A program made the translations under genes and the position numbers. The notes beneath the pieces were generated by a model. The model made no database searches. It saw nothing but the letters and a program-made list of their open reading frames with translations, and was not told the DNA's origin. Shown here one piece after another: positions 28,437-39,581 of a DNA stretch of 64,000 nucleotides. Every line of letters begins with the position of its first letter. Within the stretch, counting starts at the first letter, position 1. This stretch comes from Oligoflexia bacterium (lineage in GTDB: Bacteria > Bdellovibrionota > UBA1018), in the NCBI GenBank assembly GCA_963758495.1, contig CAVWVI010000003.1, positions 1,280,001-1,344,000 on the forward strand. The letters run 5' to 3'.

Positions 28437-29510
28437 ATGACAAAATTTGATCCCAATGCTGCAGCTTCAGAAGAGTCCGGTATCTTCGGCTTACCTTTTA
28501 CCGAAGATGAATCCGCACTTGTTTTCCTACCTGTTCCTTGGGAAGCCACAACTTCTTACGGGGGAGGAACTTCCTCTGGACCTTCCGCGATTTTTGAAGC
28601 AAGCAAACAAGTTGATCTTTATGACCTAGACGTTCTTCGACCTTATGAGCCTGGATTATTTATGATTCCAGAATCACAAAAACTAAAGGATTGGAACGAG
28701 ATTGCAAAACGCCATGCTCAACAAGTCATCGAAGTGGGTGGACTCATCGGCGAAAGCAAGGATCTGCAAAAGGATCTTGAGATTGTCAATGACTGGAGCA
28801 ACGAACTCAATCAGTATGTGTACAAAGAAACAAAACGACTTCTCCAAGCCGAAAAGTTAATTGGAATTATCGGAGGCGATCACTCGGTTCCTTTTGGTGC
28901 TCTTCAAGCAATTGCCGAAAAGCATACTTCTTTTGGAATTCTTCATTTTGATGCACATTCTGATACCCGACGTGCGTATGAGGGCTTCACCTTTTCCCAT
29001 GCCTCCATTATGTATAACGTTTTGGAAAATATTCCAGCCGTGAAAAAATTAGTTCAAGTGGGCATTCGAGACATCAGCGAAGATGAGGTCAACTACACAC
29101 TCAAACAAAAAGACAGAATGAGCGTTTTCTACGATCGTGATTTAGCTCGAAGAAAAATGAAAGGCACAAGCTGGAGCACCCTTTCAGAAGAGATTGTTTC
29201 AACCCTCCCTGAACTTGTGTGGGTTTCATTTGACATTGACGGCCTTGATCCTCGCTTTTGCCCCCATACAGGAACGCCGGTTCCGGGTGGACTCGATTTC
29301 CATGAAGCAAATTATCTGCTCTCTACTTTAGTGAAATCTGGTAAAAAAATTATTGGATTTGATTTGAATGAGGTTGCCCCCAATCTGGAAAATACGAATG
29401 ACGAATGGGATGCGAATGTAGGAGCACGATTGCTTTATAAACTCTCCAGCTGGACTCTTGCGAGTCAAGGAAAGGCTCAATTGCAGCAGGATGTCCATCC
29501 TACTCCCTAA
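28437..29510 (+). CDS. speB: Agmatinase/arginase-family ureohydrolase
   Basis: GGDHS, HFDAHSD, SFDIDGLDP, TGTPVPGG, DLNEVAP. Confidence 0.85.
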   Translation: MTKFDPNAAASEESGIFGLPFTEDESALVFLPVPWEATTSYGGGTSSGPSAIFEASKQVDLYDLDVLRPYEPGLFMIPESQKLKDWNEIAKRHAQQVIEVGGLIGESKDLQKDLEIVNDWSNELNQYVYKETKRLLQAEKLIGIIGGDHSVPFGALQAIAEKHTSFGILHFDAHSDTRRAYEGFTFSHASIMYNVLENIPAVKKLVQVGIRDISEDEVNYTLKQKDRMSVFYDRDLARRKMKGTSWSTLSEEIVSTLPELVWVSFDIDGLDPRFCPHTGTPVPGGLDFHEANYLLSTLVKSGKKIIGFDLNEVAPNLENTNDEWDANVGARLLYKLSSWTLASQGKAQLQQDVHPTP

Positions 29511-29671
29511 AGATCTTAGGGGTCTTTCATCTAAGATTTCAATAAGTTATGTCTATTTTGCATTGTCGTAAAGGTCCTTACCAGAATGCCTGGCATTTTG
29601 CCTAATGACCCTTATCCTACAAGAAAAAGGAGTTGATTTAATCTGTGATTGGTATTACTATTAGTATTACT

Positions 29672-29911
29672 ATGAAGTACTCAAAAATAGCCATATCAGT
29701 TCCTACAGAGCTATTAATTAAAGTAGACCGCCTCGTCAAAGAGAGTCGGTTCCCTAGCCGTAGCTTCGCTATTCAACAAGCGATTGAAGACGAATTAAAA
29801 CATCTTGACCGTACAAGTCTTGCCTATGCATGTAGTCAATTAAATCTAAAAGAAGAGCAAAGTATGGCGGAAGAGGGAAGCGAGGATCTTACAGAGTGGC
29901 CAGAATACTAA
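29672..29911 (+). CDS. RHH antitoxin (MazE/CopG-like)
   Basis: KIAISVP.ELL..VD, SRS..IQ.AI; C-terminal EWPEY; overlaps the toxin start. Confidence 0.8.
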   Translation: MKYSKIAISVPTELLIKVDRLVKESRFPSRSFAIQQAIEDELKHLDRTSLAYACSQLNLKEEQSMAEEGSEDLTEWPEY

Positions 29912-30234
29912 GGGGCGATGTTTATTGGGCTGACCTCGATCCTACACGTGGCAATGAGCAGCAGGGAAAAAGACCTATACTCATTTTAAGCCAAGATATC
30001 TTTAATGAGAGATCAGGAACAGTCATTGCTGTTGCCCTCACTAGCCAACCCCAGAGAGCACCATTCCCCCTCACATTAGAGCTTTCAAATCCAAAGCTAC
30101 CTAAAAAATCTTGGGTTAAGATTAGCCAAATTAGACCGCTCTCTACAGAAAGGCTCATAAAAAAGATTTGCCGCCTGACTCCAGAAGAACTTTCTCAAAT
30201 ACTAGAAGGCCTAAACGAGATTATTGGAGGCTAA
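29896..30234 (+). CDS. mazF: PemK/MazF endoribonuclease toxin
   Basis: RGDVYWADLDPTRGNEQQGKRPILILS..FN, SQIR. Confidence 0.9.
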   Translation: MARILRGDVYWADLDPTRGNEQQGKRPILILSQDIFNERSGTVIAVALTSQPQRAPFPLTLELSNPKLPKKSWVKISQIRPLSTERLIKKICRLTPEELSQILEGLNEIIGG

Positions 30235-30240
30235 AAATCG

Positions 30241-31860
30241 TTACTCCGCACGCATGAACGGATAGCGATAATTCACGGGTGGCACAAATGTTTCTTTGAT
30301 GGAACGTGGTGACAGCCAGCGATAAAGATTCAGCGCACTTCCTGCTTTATCATTTGTGCCAGAGGCACGCCCCCCACCAAAGGGCTGTTGCCCCACCACC
30401 GCGCCTGTAGGTTTATCATTGATGTAAAAATTTCCAGCCGCATGTCTTAATTTAAAACTCAGTTCGCTTATGACTGAACGATCTCGAGCAAAAATCGCCC
30501 CCGTAAGCGCATAAGTGGTCGATTGATCACAGAGCGCCAGAGTTTCTTCTAGTTTTGATTCATCATAAATATAGACTGAAAGTACGGGTCCAAAAATTTC
30601 TTCCACCATACTTTTATAGTGAGGTTGTTTGGCAACAATGACGGTCGGCTCAATAAAGTAACCCACTTTTCCATGTGCATTGCCCCCCGCAATAATTTGC
30701 GCCTGAGAATCATTCTTTGCATGCTCTAAATAACTCGATATTTTCTTAAATGATCGCTCATCAATGACAGCATTCACGAAGTTTCTAAAATCACGTACAT
30801 CCCCCATGGATAAAGAGGAAATATCAGCAAGCATTTTCTCTTGCACACGACTCCATAAGCTCTTCGGAATATAAGCACGAGAAGCTGCCGAGCACTTCTG
30901 TCCTTGGTATTCAAACGCTCCTCTGACCAGTGCCGTAGCGAGAGCTTCAGGATCTGCTGAGGCGTGAGCAAAAACAAAATCCTTCCCGCCCGTCTCTCCT
31001 ACCAGTCGCGGATAGGTCCGATACCGAGAAATATTTTCGCCTACCGATCGCCAAATTGTTTGAAAGGCCCCAGTTGAACCTGTGAAATGCACTCCCGCCA
31101 AATCCTTCATAGGAAGAAAGGTTTTTCCAGCAAGGGGGCCGTCGGCAGGAATAAAATTAATCACGCCATCTGGCAACCCAGCCTCACGAAAAATCTGCAT
31201 CGTATAATAAGCTGACAAAACTTGTGTATCAGAAGGTTTCCAAATAACAGTATTTCCCAGCAATGCTGGAGCTGCAGGCAAATTACCTGCAATGGCTGTA
31301 AAATTAAAAGGAGTAATAGCCAATACAAATCCTTCTAATGGGCGATAATCAGTCCTATTCCAAATACCGGATGAGGATGTGGGTTGAGATTTGAGAATTT
31401 CTTGATAAAAATAAGCATTTAATCTTAGAAAATCAATCAGCTCACAAGCAGAATCAATTTCAGCTTGATAGACATTCTTGGATTGTCCGAGCATCGTAGC
31501 GGCATTGATAATATTTCGATAAGGACCTGCAATTAAATCAGCGGCTTTTAAGAAAATCGAAGCACGATCTTGCCAATCCATCGCTTCCCACTTTGGCTTT
31601 GCTTGAAGAGCTGCTTGCACAGCTAACTCCATCTCCGACGATCCTGCCAAGTGAAATTCTGCTAACACGTGTTTGTATTCATGAGGCATGACCACAGTGC
31701 GCTTGTTTTGAGTCCACACTTCACGCCCACCCATAATACATGGAATACTGACTTGAGAATGGGCCATTCGATCTAATTGATGCTTTAACTCCTCGCGCTC
31801 ACTGGAACCAGGATGATAGGATCGCGTAACCTCATTACTTGGACGTTCTAATGGAAACAT
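30241..31860 (-). CDS. pruA: 1-pyrroline-5-carboxylate dehydrogenase
   Basis: PFNFTAIAGNL, FTGST, GETGGKDF, EYQGQKCSA, EEIFGPV, NDKPTGAVVGQQPFGG. Confidence 0.92.
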   Translation of the reverse strand: MFPLERPSNEVTRSYHPGSSEREELKHQLDRMAHSQVSIPCIMGGREVWTQNKRTVVMPHEYKHVLAEFHLAGSSEMELAVQAALQAKPKWEAMDWQDRASIFLKAADLIAGPYRNIINAATMLGQSKNVYQAEIDSACELIDFLRLNAYFYQEILKSQPTSSSGIWNRTDYRPLEGFVLAITPFNFTAIAGNLPAAPALLGNTVIWKPSDTQVLSAYYTMQIFREAGLPDGVINFIPADGPLAGKTFLPMKDLAGVHFTGSTGAFQTIWRSVGENISRYRTYPRLVGETGGKDFVFAHASADPEALATALVRGAFEYQGQKCSAASRAYIPKSLWSRVQEKMLADISSLSMGDVRDFRNFVNAVIDERSFKKISSYLEHAKNDSQAQIIAGGNAHGKVGYFIEPTVIVAKQPHYKSMVEEIFGPVLSVYIYDESKLEETLALCDQSTTYALTGAIFARDRSVISELSFKLRHAAGNFYINDKPTGAVVGQQPFGGGRASGTNDKAGSALNLYRWLSPRSIKETFVPPVNYRYPFMRAE

Positions 31861-31941
31861 TTAATTTGATTAGCATAAAACAACCGGGACGAAAGCGAAA
31901 AAAAAGGGGGGGAAAGCTTCGCCCCGGAAGTTAGGCAAAGA

Positions 31942-32703
31942 CTATCTCACCATTCTTTGCCAGTAGGTGCCCACAGCGGAACGTGCATTCACACACTGAT
32001 CACTACTTAAGGCAGTTGAATTGTCATAAATAATAGGGTCCATTAAATCATAAGTGTTACCTATATGAAGTAAACTCATATAATGTCCGAGTTCATGTGC
32101 AATTATATTTGGAAATACGCCCACAGAGCCTTCTAGCACGGCACCGAGAGGATAGTCTCCCGGCAAGCTAGTCCAAGCATTCGCCCCGGTGTTGCCAAGT
32201 GTTCCATATCGATTCCAACGCCCTGTTGTCACGACGAGTATTTTCGATTCATCGGCAAAACTCTCTCTAATAGCACTCAATTCGCTATCATTTGCAGGAC
32301 TATACTCCAAGCCATAGGCAGTCGGATCCACTGCTTGATATTCATCAATCTGAAATCCAATATTACATTGCGCCCAGAGTTTGTTTATAGTTTTGACGTT
32401 ATTCAGAGCCTCGTCTTTGGTAACAACAGGTTGCCCACTCGAGTCTTTGTATACGACGTATTTTAACCCTAAACAGAAAAACGTTGGATCATCACTCTGG
32501 CACGAAGAGCCCTTCGAAGTTTTTACTTCCAAATCGACTGTTGGAGTTAATGCCGAAATTGAAGCTTGCGCTTTTCCTGGTTGAGATTCCAACTGATTAC
32601 AGCCCATTTGCAAAACGCAACACATCAAAGAAATAAAAACTATTCTTACTTGATTCACCACTAAGATCTCCTCCTTGAATTTAGCTAAAAACATCTGCTT
32701 CAA
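31942..32703 (-). CDS. Metzincin-type zinc metalloprotease, probable lipoprotein
   Basis: HELGHYMSLLH, Met-turn LMDP, lipobox-like QMGC. Confidence 0.75.
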   Translation of the reverse strand: MKQMFLAKFKEEILVVNQVRIVFISLMCCVLQMGCNQLESQPGKAQASISALTPTVDLEVKTSKGSSCQSDDPTFFCLGLKYVVYKDSSGQPVVTKDEALNNVKTINKLWAQCNIGFQIDEYQAVDPTAYGLEYSPANDSELSAIRESFADESKILVVTTGRWNRYGTLGNTGANAWTSLPGDYPLGAVLEGSVGVFPNIIAHELGHYMSLLHIGNTYDLMDPIIYDNSTALSSDQCVNARSAVGTYWQRMVR

Positions 32704-32852
32704 ATCATTTCAAAGCAGATTATTCCAATTCCAAATGTACTTAGCTACAACCTTCGCACGCTAGCCGAAGTTCGACTTTCACTTCAAGAGGAATCTAATG
32801 GAATTATTTTTTATTTTATATTTAAGCTGTCTGCTAAAGTAGCCAATTAAAC

Positions 32853-34529
32853 TTATTTTTTTAAGGATTTAATAAGTAAAACTACTAAAAACATACAAGC
32901 TCCAGAAAAATACACTACGGAGGCCAGTGGGTAATTACCAAAACTCTGAAGTGAAGTTTGATTAAGAGCAATGCTGCTCGCAACGAAGAGCCCAGAAATT
33001 AAAATACTCAGACTGAGTCTGCGCCCATTCATATCTAATTGAGTTCGTATTTCTTGAAAATCAGGCGACTTTATTTCAAAAGCAAAGTCGTTGCTATTAA
33101 ATTTTCGAAACATCCATCTGATTTGTCGGGGTAATATTTTAAATAGTGCCGCGACATCTTTTGTCACCCATAAGATTTCTTTACTTAATCGTTGTGCTGA
33201 ATACTGATTTTTGACTAGATCTTTTATCAAATCCTGACCCATCGCGAGTAAATCAAATTCCGAATCTAAGGTTCGACCCATCCCTTCAATTGTCAAAATT
33301 GCCTTAAAAACGAGCATCCAATCGCCAGGGACTTTAATATTAAACTGAGTCGCAATTTTAGTGGCCTCAATCAAAATCTTGCCTACATTAAGGTCTGCTA
33401 GAGATAGCCCAATGTAGGGTGAAAGGCTATTGCGAACTTCACGCTGAAACCCATCAAAATCGATAAATGAAGCTGATGCCCCTAATTCTGCATATTCGTA
33501 ACAGAGATTTTCATAATCTTCCGAAATAAGAGACACAACCATACTGGCAAGTTGATCACGCGATTTTTGAGATAGCCTACCTACAATTCCAAAATCTATA
33601 ATCCCAAGGCGATTCCCAGGCAGAATAAATAAATTTCCACCATGTAAATCGCCATGAAAAAGCCCATCAACCATCACACCTTTAAAAAAGGCTTTAGCAC
33701 CAATCTCAACAATTCTTTTACGATCTATTCCTGCGGCGTCTAGAGCCTTGAGATCATTAACTCTGACACCTACTAGCTTTTCAAGAGTCAGAATTTTATG
33801 TGTTGAAAGCTCCTTGTACACACGCGGTATAACAACATCCGGTACAACTGCCATATTTTCAGCAATTTTTGCCATATTATTGGCTTCGACCACATAGTCC
33901 AGCTCGAACGATAGGGTTCTAAAAAACTCGTTAACAATAGTTGTAGGACCTATGATCCTACTCTCGGGCACATATTTCTCCAAAAGGCCCGCCAAAAATG
34001 CCAGCAACGAAACATCGGTTTCAATAATTTTTTGAATTTCAGGGCGTTGAACTTTGACCACTACATCTTCACCCGTCAGCAACTTCGCCACATGGACTTG
34101 CCCAATGCTCGCGGCTGCCAAAGAGTGAGGATCAAAAAATGAATAGGCATCTTCAATTTTTTTATTGAGCTCTTGTTCAACCGTTGCTCGAACAATATCA
34201 AAGGGAAGAGGATGAACTGAATCTTGAAGCTGAATAAATTCATCAATGAACGCTTCTGGTAAAAGATCTGAACGTGTAGATAAAAGTTGTCCCAATTTTA
34301 CAAAAGTGGGACCTAACTCTTCGAATGATAATCGCAATCGCTCCGGTATGGTTTTATCTCCATGCTGCTCCGCATACGCCGCCAAGCTCGCCGGCAAAAA
34401 TTTGCCCAAACTCATTCGATCTACAATATCTGCAAAACCATGCCGAGATAATACTGCAATAATATGACGTAGCCTCTGAACATTCTTAACTGCTTGCCCG
34501 AGTTGCCTACCTGTCCGAATCCATTTCAT
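32853..34529 (-). CDS. ubiB: AarF/UbiB (ABC1) family kinase
   Basis: LGPTFVKLGQ, AAASIGQVH, VVKVQRP, FHGDLHGGN, DFGIVG. Confidence 0.85.
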   Translation of the reverse strand: MKWIRTGRQLGQAVKNVQRLRHIIAVLSRHGFADIVDRMSLGKFLPASLAAYAEQHGDKTIPERLRLSFEELGPTFVKLGQLLSTRSDLLPEAFIDEFIQLQDSVHPLPFDIVRATVEQELNKKIEDAYSFFDPHSLAAASIGQVHVAKLLTGEDVVVKVQRPEIQKIIETDVSLLAFLAGLLEKYVPESRIIGPTTIVNEFFRTLSFELDYVVEANNMAKIAENMAVVPDVVIPRVYKELSTHKILTLEKLVGVRVNDLKALDAAGIDRKRIVEIGAKAFFKGVMVDGLFHGDLHGGNLFILPGNRLGIIDFGIVGRLSQKSRDQLASMVVSLISEDYENLCYEYAELGASASFIDFDGFQREVRNSLSPYIGLSLADLNVGKILIEATKIATQFNIKVPGDWMLVFKAILTIEGMGRTLDSEFDLLAMGQDLIKDLVKNQYSAQRLSKEILWVTKDVAALFKILPRQIRWMFRKFNSNDFAFEIKSPDFQEIRTQLDMNGRRLSLSILISGLFVASSIALNQTSLQSFGNYPLASVVYFSGACMFLVVLLIKSLKK

Positions 34530-34537
34530 AATTTAGC

Positions 34538-36547
34538 CTATTTAATGAGTCCAAAATCAATTTGTCTACGATCTAAATCAGCACGAATTACTTTTACTTG
34601 GACAGTATCTCCAATTTTAAAAGTTCGCCTTTTTCTACGGCCGTAAAAAACCATTCGTTCTTCATTAAATTCATAAAAATCATCCGTCATAGAATCCACA
34701 GAAACCATCCCTTCCACAAAAGGGGTTTGAAGCTGCACAAAAAACCCGCTATCTATCATTCCAACTACCTTAGCCTCAAACTCATCGCCCAATCGCTGAA
34801 TCATAGCCCTCACTTGTTTGACTTTGATTGATTCTCTTTCTGCATCTGCCGCTAATCGTTCTCGATAACTGCAATGTTCACAAATTTCAGCAAGCTCTTT
34901 TTCTAATTTTCCTCTCGCATGATCTTGAATAGTGCGATTTTTCTTACCTTGCGCTCTCAAAGCCATTTTGATTAAGCGATGAACGACCAAGTCTGGATAT
35001 CTTCGAATAGGGCTAGTAAAGTGCGTATAAGCTTCAGAAGCCAAACCAAAGTGAATGCCATGAGTCGAACTATACACCGCTTGTTTCATCGATCGGAGTA
35101 ATGACATATTTAAAAGCGATTGAGCAGGATGTCCTTCCAACTTCCGAATCAACTCAGCGATTACTTTTGGCGATTCTAATCGCTCTAAAAAGACCTGGAC
35201 TCCTACGGTAGCTGCCAAAGCTTGAAATTTCTCCAATGACTGAAGAGAAGGCTCTTCATGAACACGATAAACAAATGGCCAAGCTCTCTCCATCATCCAG
35301 ACCGTGACTGCTTCATTCGCAGCAATCATAAACTCTTCAATCAGGCGATGAGTCCCTATTCGAGCACGATTCAGTATTGAGATCACCTCTCCCGTTGGCT
35401 CTACTTTCACTTCAGCTTCGGGTAACTCAAAATCAATGGATCCTCTTTTCATTCGCATTTTACGCATCGCTTCAAATAGTTGAAAATGCGCTGAAAAGCT
35501 CCAATTTGGGTCGCCTTGATGTTGCTCCCATTCCGATTGAATTTCATTATAAGTAGCACGTCTTTTACTTTCAATGACCGCTTCTATAATACGAGTACTG
35601 AGACGTTTTCCATTTTGATCAAATTTCATTTCAGCTACAAGGGCCAGTCGCGGCTCATGAGGCCGTAAACTACAAAGATTCTCAGAAAGGGCTCGAGGAA
35701 GCATATGGAACGCACGTTCTGGAAAATAAACACTGGTCCCTTTTGAACGAGCTTCTTGATCTAATTGACTTCCCTCTTTAACGTAATGAGATACATCAGC
35801 TATTGCTACCCAGAGGATATAACCCGTTTTGGATTTCTCGACAAAAATGGCATCATCAAAATCCCGCGCCGTTTCACCATCGATTGTAATAAATGGAATT
35901 TCTCGCAAATCTTTACGGTTTTCCAAGTCTTTACCAGGAATCTCCAAACGATGTCGTTCAGCTTCCTGTTCAACACTCTTTGAATGCCCCTCGCTCAAAC
36001 TATATTCGGCAGAAATCATAGCAACATCTGCGCAAGGAGGTAAATCTTGCCCATAAACGTCTAAAATTTCACCTGTTACCGAATATGGCCCCTCATTATG
36101 AAACTGCAGTTTGACACGAACCCAGTCATTGGGGTTCACAGCTTGTAAAACTTTAGGGACGTAGATTTCCTCACGTGCTCGCTTTCTTTCATAGACTACA
36201 AATCCAGCTCGCGTATTTCTACTGTTAAAAGGAGAAAACCGACCTACTACTTCCCGAAAACGATGCTCAATGACTTTCACTCCTTGCACTCGACCAGAAG
36301 AAGTGAGCTGTACTTCTACACGATCACCATGGAAGAGTCCTTCAGCCTCTCGTGGCGAAATAAAGGCATCTTGAATTTTTTTATTTTCAAAAATTAGAAA
36401 GGCGAAACCTTTTCGGTTTTTATCGACAGTCGCCTTAAGTGGGGCAATATCATATTTTCTTGATTTGCCGTCTTTGGCCCTGCCTGCCTTTGATTTTCGA
36501 GCGCGAGTGTGAGATTTTAATGGTCTAGAGTGCTTTTTAGAAGTCAT
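34538..36547 (-). CDS. rnr: Ribonuclease R
   Basis: TIDGETARDFDDA, IEEFMIAAN, YTHFTSPIRRYPDL, C-terminal S1 domain. Confidence 0.92.
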   Translation of the reverse strand: MTSKKHSRPLKSHTRARKSKAGRAKDGKSRKYDIAPLKATVDKNRKGFAFLIFENKKIQDAFISPREAEGLFHGDRVEVQLTSSGRVQGVKVIEHRFREVVGRFSPFNSRNTRAGFVVYERKRAREEIYVPKVLQAVNPNDWVRVKLQFHNEGPYSVTGEILDVYGQDLPPCADVAMISAEYSLSEGHSKSVEQEAERHRLEIPGKDLENRKDLREIPFITIDGETARDFDDAIFVEKSKTGYILWVAIADVSHYVKEGSQLDQEARSKGTSVYFPERAFHMLPRALSENLCSLRPHEPRLALVAEMKFDQNGKRLSTRIIEAVIESKRRATYNEIQSEWEQHQGDPNWSFSAHFQLFEAMRKMRMKRGSIDFELPEAEVKVEPTGEVISILNRARIGTHRLIEEFMIAANEAVTVWMMERAWPFVYRVHEEPSLQSLEKFQALAATVGVQVFLERLESPKVIAELIRKLEGHPAQSLLNMSLLRSMKQAVYSSTHGIHFGLASEAYTHFTSPIRRYPDLVVHRLIKMALRAQGKKNRTIQDHARGKLEKELAEICEHCSYRERLAADAERESIKVKQVRAMIQRLGDEFEAKVVGMIDSGFFVQLQTPFVEGMVSVDSMTDDFYEFNEERMVFYGRRKRRTFKIGDTVQVKVIRADLDRRQIDFGLIK

Positions 36548-36645
36548 TTGAAGCAATCTTAACCTAATCTGAGTTTTGACACACATCTTTTCAAGAAACC
36601 TAGGAAGTTCTGATATAAAATCAGTAAACAACAAAGGAGAAACGG

Positions 36646-37314
36646 GTGAAAAGGATTTTCGGGGGTACTGAGACTAGAATAGTTAACTATATAGAATCCG
36701 TCTTTCAACCTGAAGATAGGGTTCTCAAAGAGGTACGAGAACGAATGGAACGCCAGGGACTCCCTAGCATTCAAGTTGGCCGAATGGACGGTTTACACTT
36801 GGAAATTCTTACTCGATCGTCAGGCGCTAAAAAGGCTGTTGAAATTGGAACCTTGGGCGGCTATTCAGGCATCAGCATCGCCCGTGGGTTAGGTCCACAT
36901 GGAAAACTATACACCTTTGAACTTGAACAAACTCATGCTGAGTTTGCACGAGAATCCTTTCAAAAGGCAGAAGTTTCAGATCAAATTGACATTTGGGTGG
37001 GCCCAGCTCTCGATAATCTAAATAAAATCAATCCCCACGGACCATTCGACTTGGTCTTTATTGATGCAGACAAAGTCAATTACCCCTATTATTTAAACTG
37101 GGCGGCGGATCATCTGCGGGTAGGTGGCATCGTTTTGGGAGATAATACGTTTGGATGGGGAATGATTGCAGATAGTGAATTTGAAACAGCTGATGAAGAA
37201 GCTGCCATCAAAGGGTTACGAGAATTTAACCTCATGGCATCGCAAGGCGGGCGGTTTCGTTCTACAATTATACCTACAGGCGAAGGACTTACCCTGGGTG
37301 TAAAAATAAAATAA
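36646..37314 (+). CDS. SAM-dependent O-methyltransferase
   Basis: VEIGTLGGYS, FDLVFIDADK, GDN. Confidence 0.9.
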   Translation: MKRIFGGTETRIVNYIESVFQPEDRVLKEVRERMERQGLPSIQVGRMDGLHLEILTRSSGAKKAVEIGTLGGYSGISIARGLGPHGKLYTFELEQTHAEFARESFQKAEVSDQIDIWVGPALDNLNKINPHGPFDLVFIDADKVNYPYYLNWAADHLRVGGIVLGDNTFGWGMIADSEFETADEEAAIKGLREFNLMASQGGRFRSTIIPTGEGLTLGVKIK

Positions 37315-37359
37315 GAAAGCTATATAAGAACAAAGCGCAAAACGAAGCGAAGAACCCAT

Positions 37360-37764
37360 ATGGATAATACAGAAAAAGATCATCAGATTTTAGTCGTAGA
37401 TGATGACCACGCGATTCGAGAAACTCTCATCGAAGTACTTAAGCTGGAAGGATATCTCCCTACAGGAGCCGCTCATGGAAAAGAAGGACTTCAATACTTA
37501 CAGACTACAAGACCTTGCATAATTTTACTTGATTGGATGATGCCTATTATGAGCGGCGAGGAATTTATGATTTATAAAAATTCAGATCAGTCGTTAGCGA
37601 GTATTCCTGTCATCGTCATTTCTGCTGCTGGAAATATCGAGCGAAAAGCAAATGTGGGCGGTATCGCCGCATTTATTAACAAACCCCTTCATCTGAATGA
37701 GCTCTTCGATAAAATACAAAAATACTGTGACTGCCGTACTCATCCAACTCAGTCGAACCTCTAA
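37360..37764 (+). CDS. Single-domain response regulator
   Basis: ILVVDDD, LLDWMMP, ISA, KP. Confidence 0.9.
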   Translation: MDNTEKDHQILVVDDDHAIRETLIEVLKLEGYLPTGAAHGKEGLQYLQTTRPCIILLDWMMPIMSGEEFMIYKNSDQSLASIPVIVISAAGNIERKANVGGIAAFINKPLHLNELFDKIQKYCDCRTHPTQSNL

Positions 37765-37827
37765 ACCGAAACTCTAAAAGATCATTTCTCTTGGCGCCTC
37801 TGTTGCAGGCTCTATGATGAAAGGAAA

Positions 37828-38442
37828 ATGATCATGGACACTCTAATTAATACGCATCGGAATAGCCCTGCCGGTAGCGAACACCCCACTGTTTATTCAT
37901 GGGAATGGCCTATCGGCATAGGAATTTTCTTAATCATATTAGGAATAGTTGCATTAGCCGCTCCAATCGCGACCTCGGTTGCACTGGCTTGGTTAGTCGG
38001 CGTACTTTTCATTTCAAGTGGAATCGCACAGCTTATTCATGCATTTCGTTGTGCTAGAGAAAGGGGTACTACAGGTAGGTTTTTACTTTCTGCACTGTCA
38101 ATCGCAGCAGGAATTGTCATTATGAGGAATCCATTTTTGGGAACCATAGGAATCACTATGGTTTTAGCTTTTTACTTATTAGTGGGAGCTGTTGGCAAAT
38201 GGTTCCTTGCTTCAGATATGCGCCCTGCCAAAGGGTGGGGATTGCTCTTTGTCAGTTCGATGATTTCTCTCGTGCTCGGAATTCTTCTTATCGTGACTCT
38301 TCCAGCCACTTCACTGATCGTTCCTGGAATTTTCTTAGGAGTGGATTTTATATTTTATGGCTCCTCACTGATCACCTTTGCATTCATTGCGCGAAAAGCA
38401 ATGCATCGATTGACAGAATTTGAGCAGCGCCGGGCGGCATAA
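37828..38442 (+). CDS. HdeD/DUF308 membrane protein
   Basis: Six hydrophobic segments with the GI..IILGI.AL..P and GI.QL pattern. Confidence 0.75.
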   Translation: MIMDTLINTHRNSPAGSEHPTVYSWEWPIGIGIFLIILGIVALAAPIATSVALAWLVGVLFISSGIAQLIHAFRCARERGTTGRFLLSALSIAAGIVIMRNPFLGTIGITMVLAFYLLVGAVGKWFLASDMRPAKGWGLLFVSSMISLVLGILLIVTLPATSLIVPGIFLGVDFIFYGSSLITFAFIARKAMHRLTEFEQRRAA

Positions 38443-38457
38443 CGTAGCTTGCATATA

Positions 38458-38542
38458 TGGTGCGGGCAAAAGGACTTGAACCTTCACACCTTTCGGCATA
38501 CGACCCTGAATCGTACGTGTCTACCAATTCCACCATGCCCGC
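38458..38542 (-). tRNA. tRNA-Leu(CAG)
   Basis: GCGGGCA..TGCCCGC acceptor stem, TGGTAGAC D-loop, anticodon arm TACGA-TTCAGGG-TCGTA, long variable arm, GGTTCAAGTCC, CCA end. Confidence 0.95.
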
Positions 38543-38718
38543 AATTTCATGTGAATGGATAGTGCACACCTATATCTTAGTTTAAGAAAATTGAACAGAT
38601 AGTATCTGGCAATTGAAATAGGCTAACAATACCTTAATACCCGATTTAGTTACTAAAGATTACAAAAGTTCGTATGCCTATGAATAAGGGTCTCTTCATT
38701 TAAGAAAGACTCACGCAA

Positions 38719-39209
38719 TTAGGGGTATGTGATTGAGGCGGTGATGGTACCTGTGTACGTTTGATTAACCACATTAGCTGCAATAGCGGGTCTCGTCGCA
38801 CCTATGTGAAAGGTGAGACTACCCGCGTTACTCAATGTATTGGTTCTATCCCCTGACAGCCCTACATCGGATGTCGCGCTACCAACGACCATCGTAGTAA
38901 CACCATCAGCACCGGTCAATGTATACGTATCAGAAAACGTGATCGTGACTGCATGGTTGGGTCACCTACTGCAATAAATTCAGCAGATGCTGCATCCGAC
39001 GGATTCACTGTAAATGCAGATGCCCCTTGAGCAACATCTGCAAACGAAATGTCTCTATCTGAAGCCATCGTTAAGGAAGCGAGGACTCTTTGTGAACAAT
39101 TAGCAGACGCGTTCGCAGAACTATTACCAGCAGGAACAGCATAACTATTCGCTGATGATAGTGACAATACAATTCCTGATACAACTAAAATTCTACATAA
39201 ATTCTTCAT
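38719..39209 (-). pseudogene. DUF4402-like pilin/fimbrial subunit, second copy, 1-nt deletion near 38957
   Basis: 491 nt versus 492 nt for the paralog; ORFs 38916-39209 and 38719-38919 are its two halves. Confidence 0.85.
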
Positions 39210-39581
39210 ATGATTGACACAACGCCTCTCGAAAGTTTATAAATACCTGATTTAATCACTAAAGTTTACAAACTTCCCGACCGATATAAATTATGAAGGC
39301 AGAAGTTATAAAGGCTGAAGTAACTGGGATTTCATCCTGGAACCGCCTCTCCATAAAACATACGGAGAGACGGTGACCCCAGGGAAATGAGTAAAAGCTG
39401 ACTTCCCGTATTTTTAAGCCTCAAGTGTCCTCAAGTAAGGAGATATAAGGCATGGTTCAAATGATTTTTATTATGAGCGAGGGAGAGAAGGGGGACACAC
39501 CCTCCTTTTCAGCAGTGTGTCCCATCCTTAGTTCGTCTCCCTATGAGTGAGGGTCTCTTTATTTAAGAAAGACTCACGCAA

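Noticed and set aside
38384..38569. 61-aa ORF
   Set aside because: Overlaps tRNA-Leu entirely.
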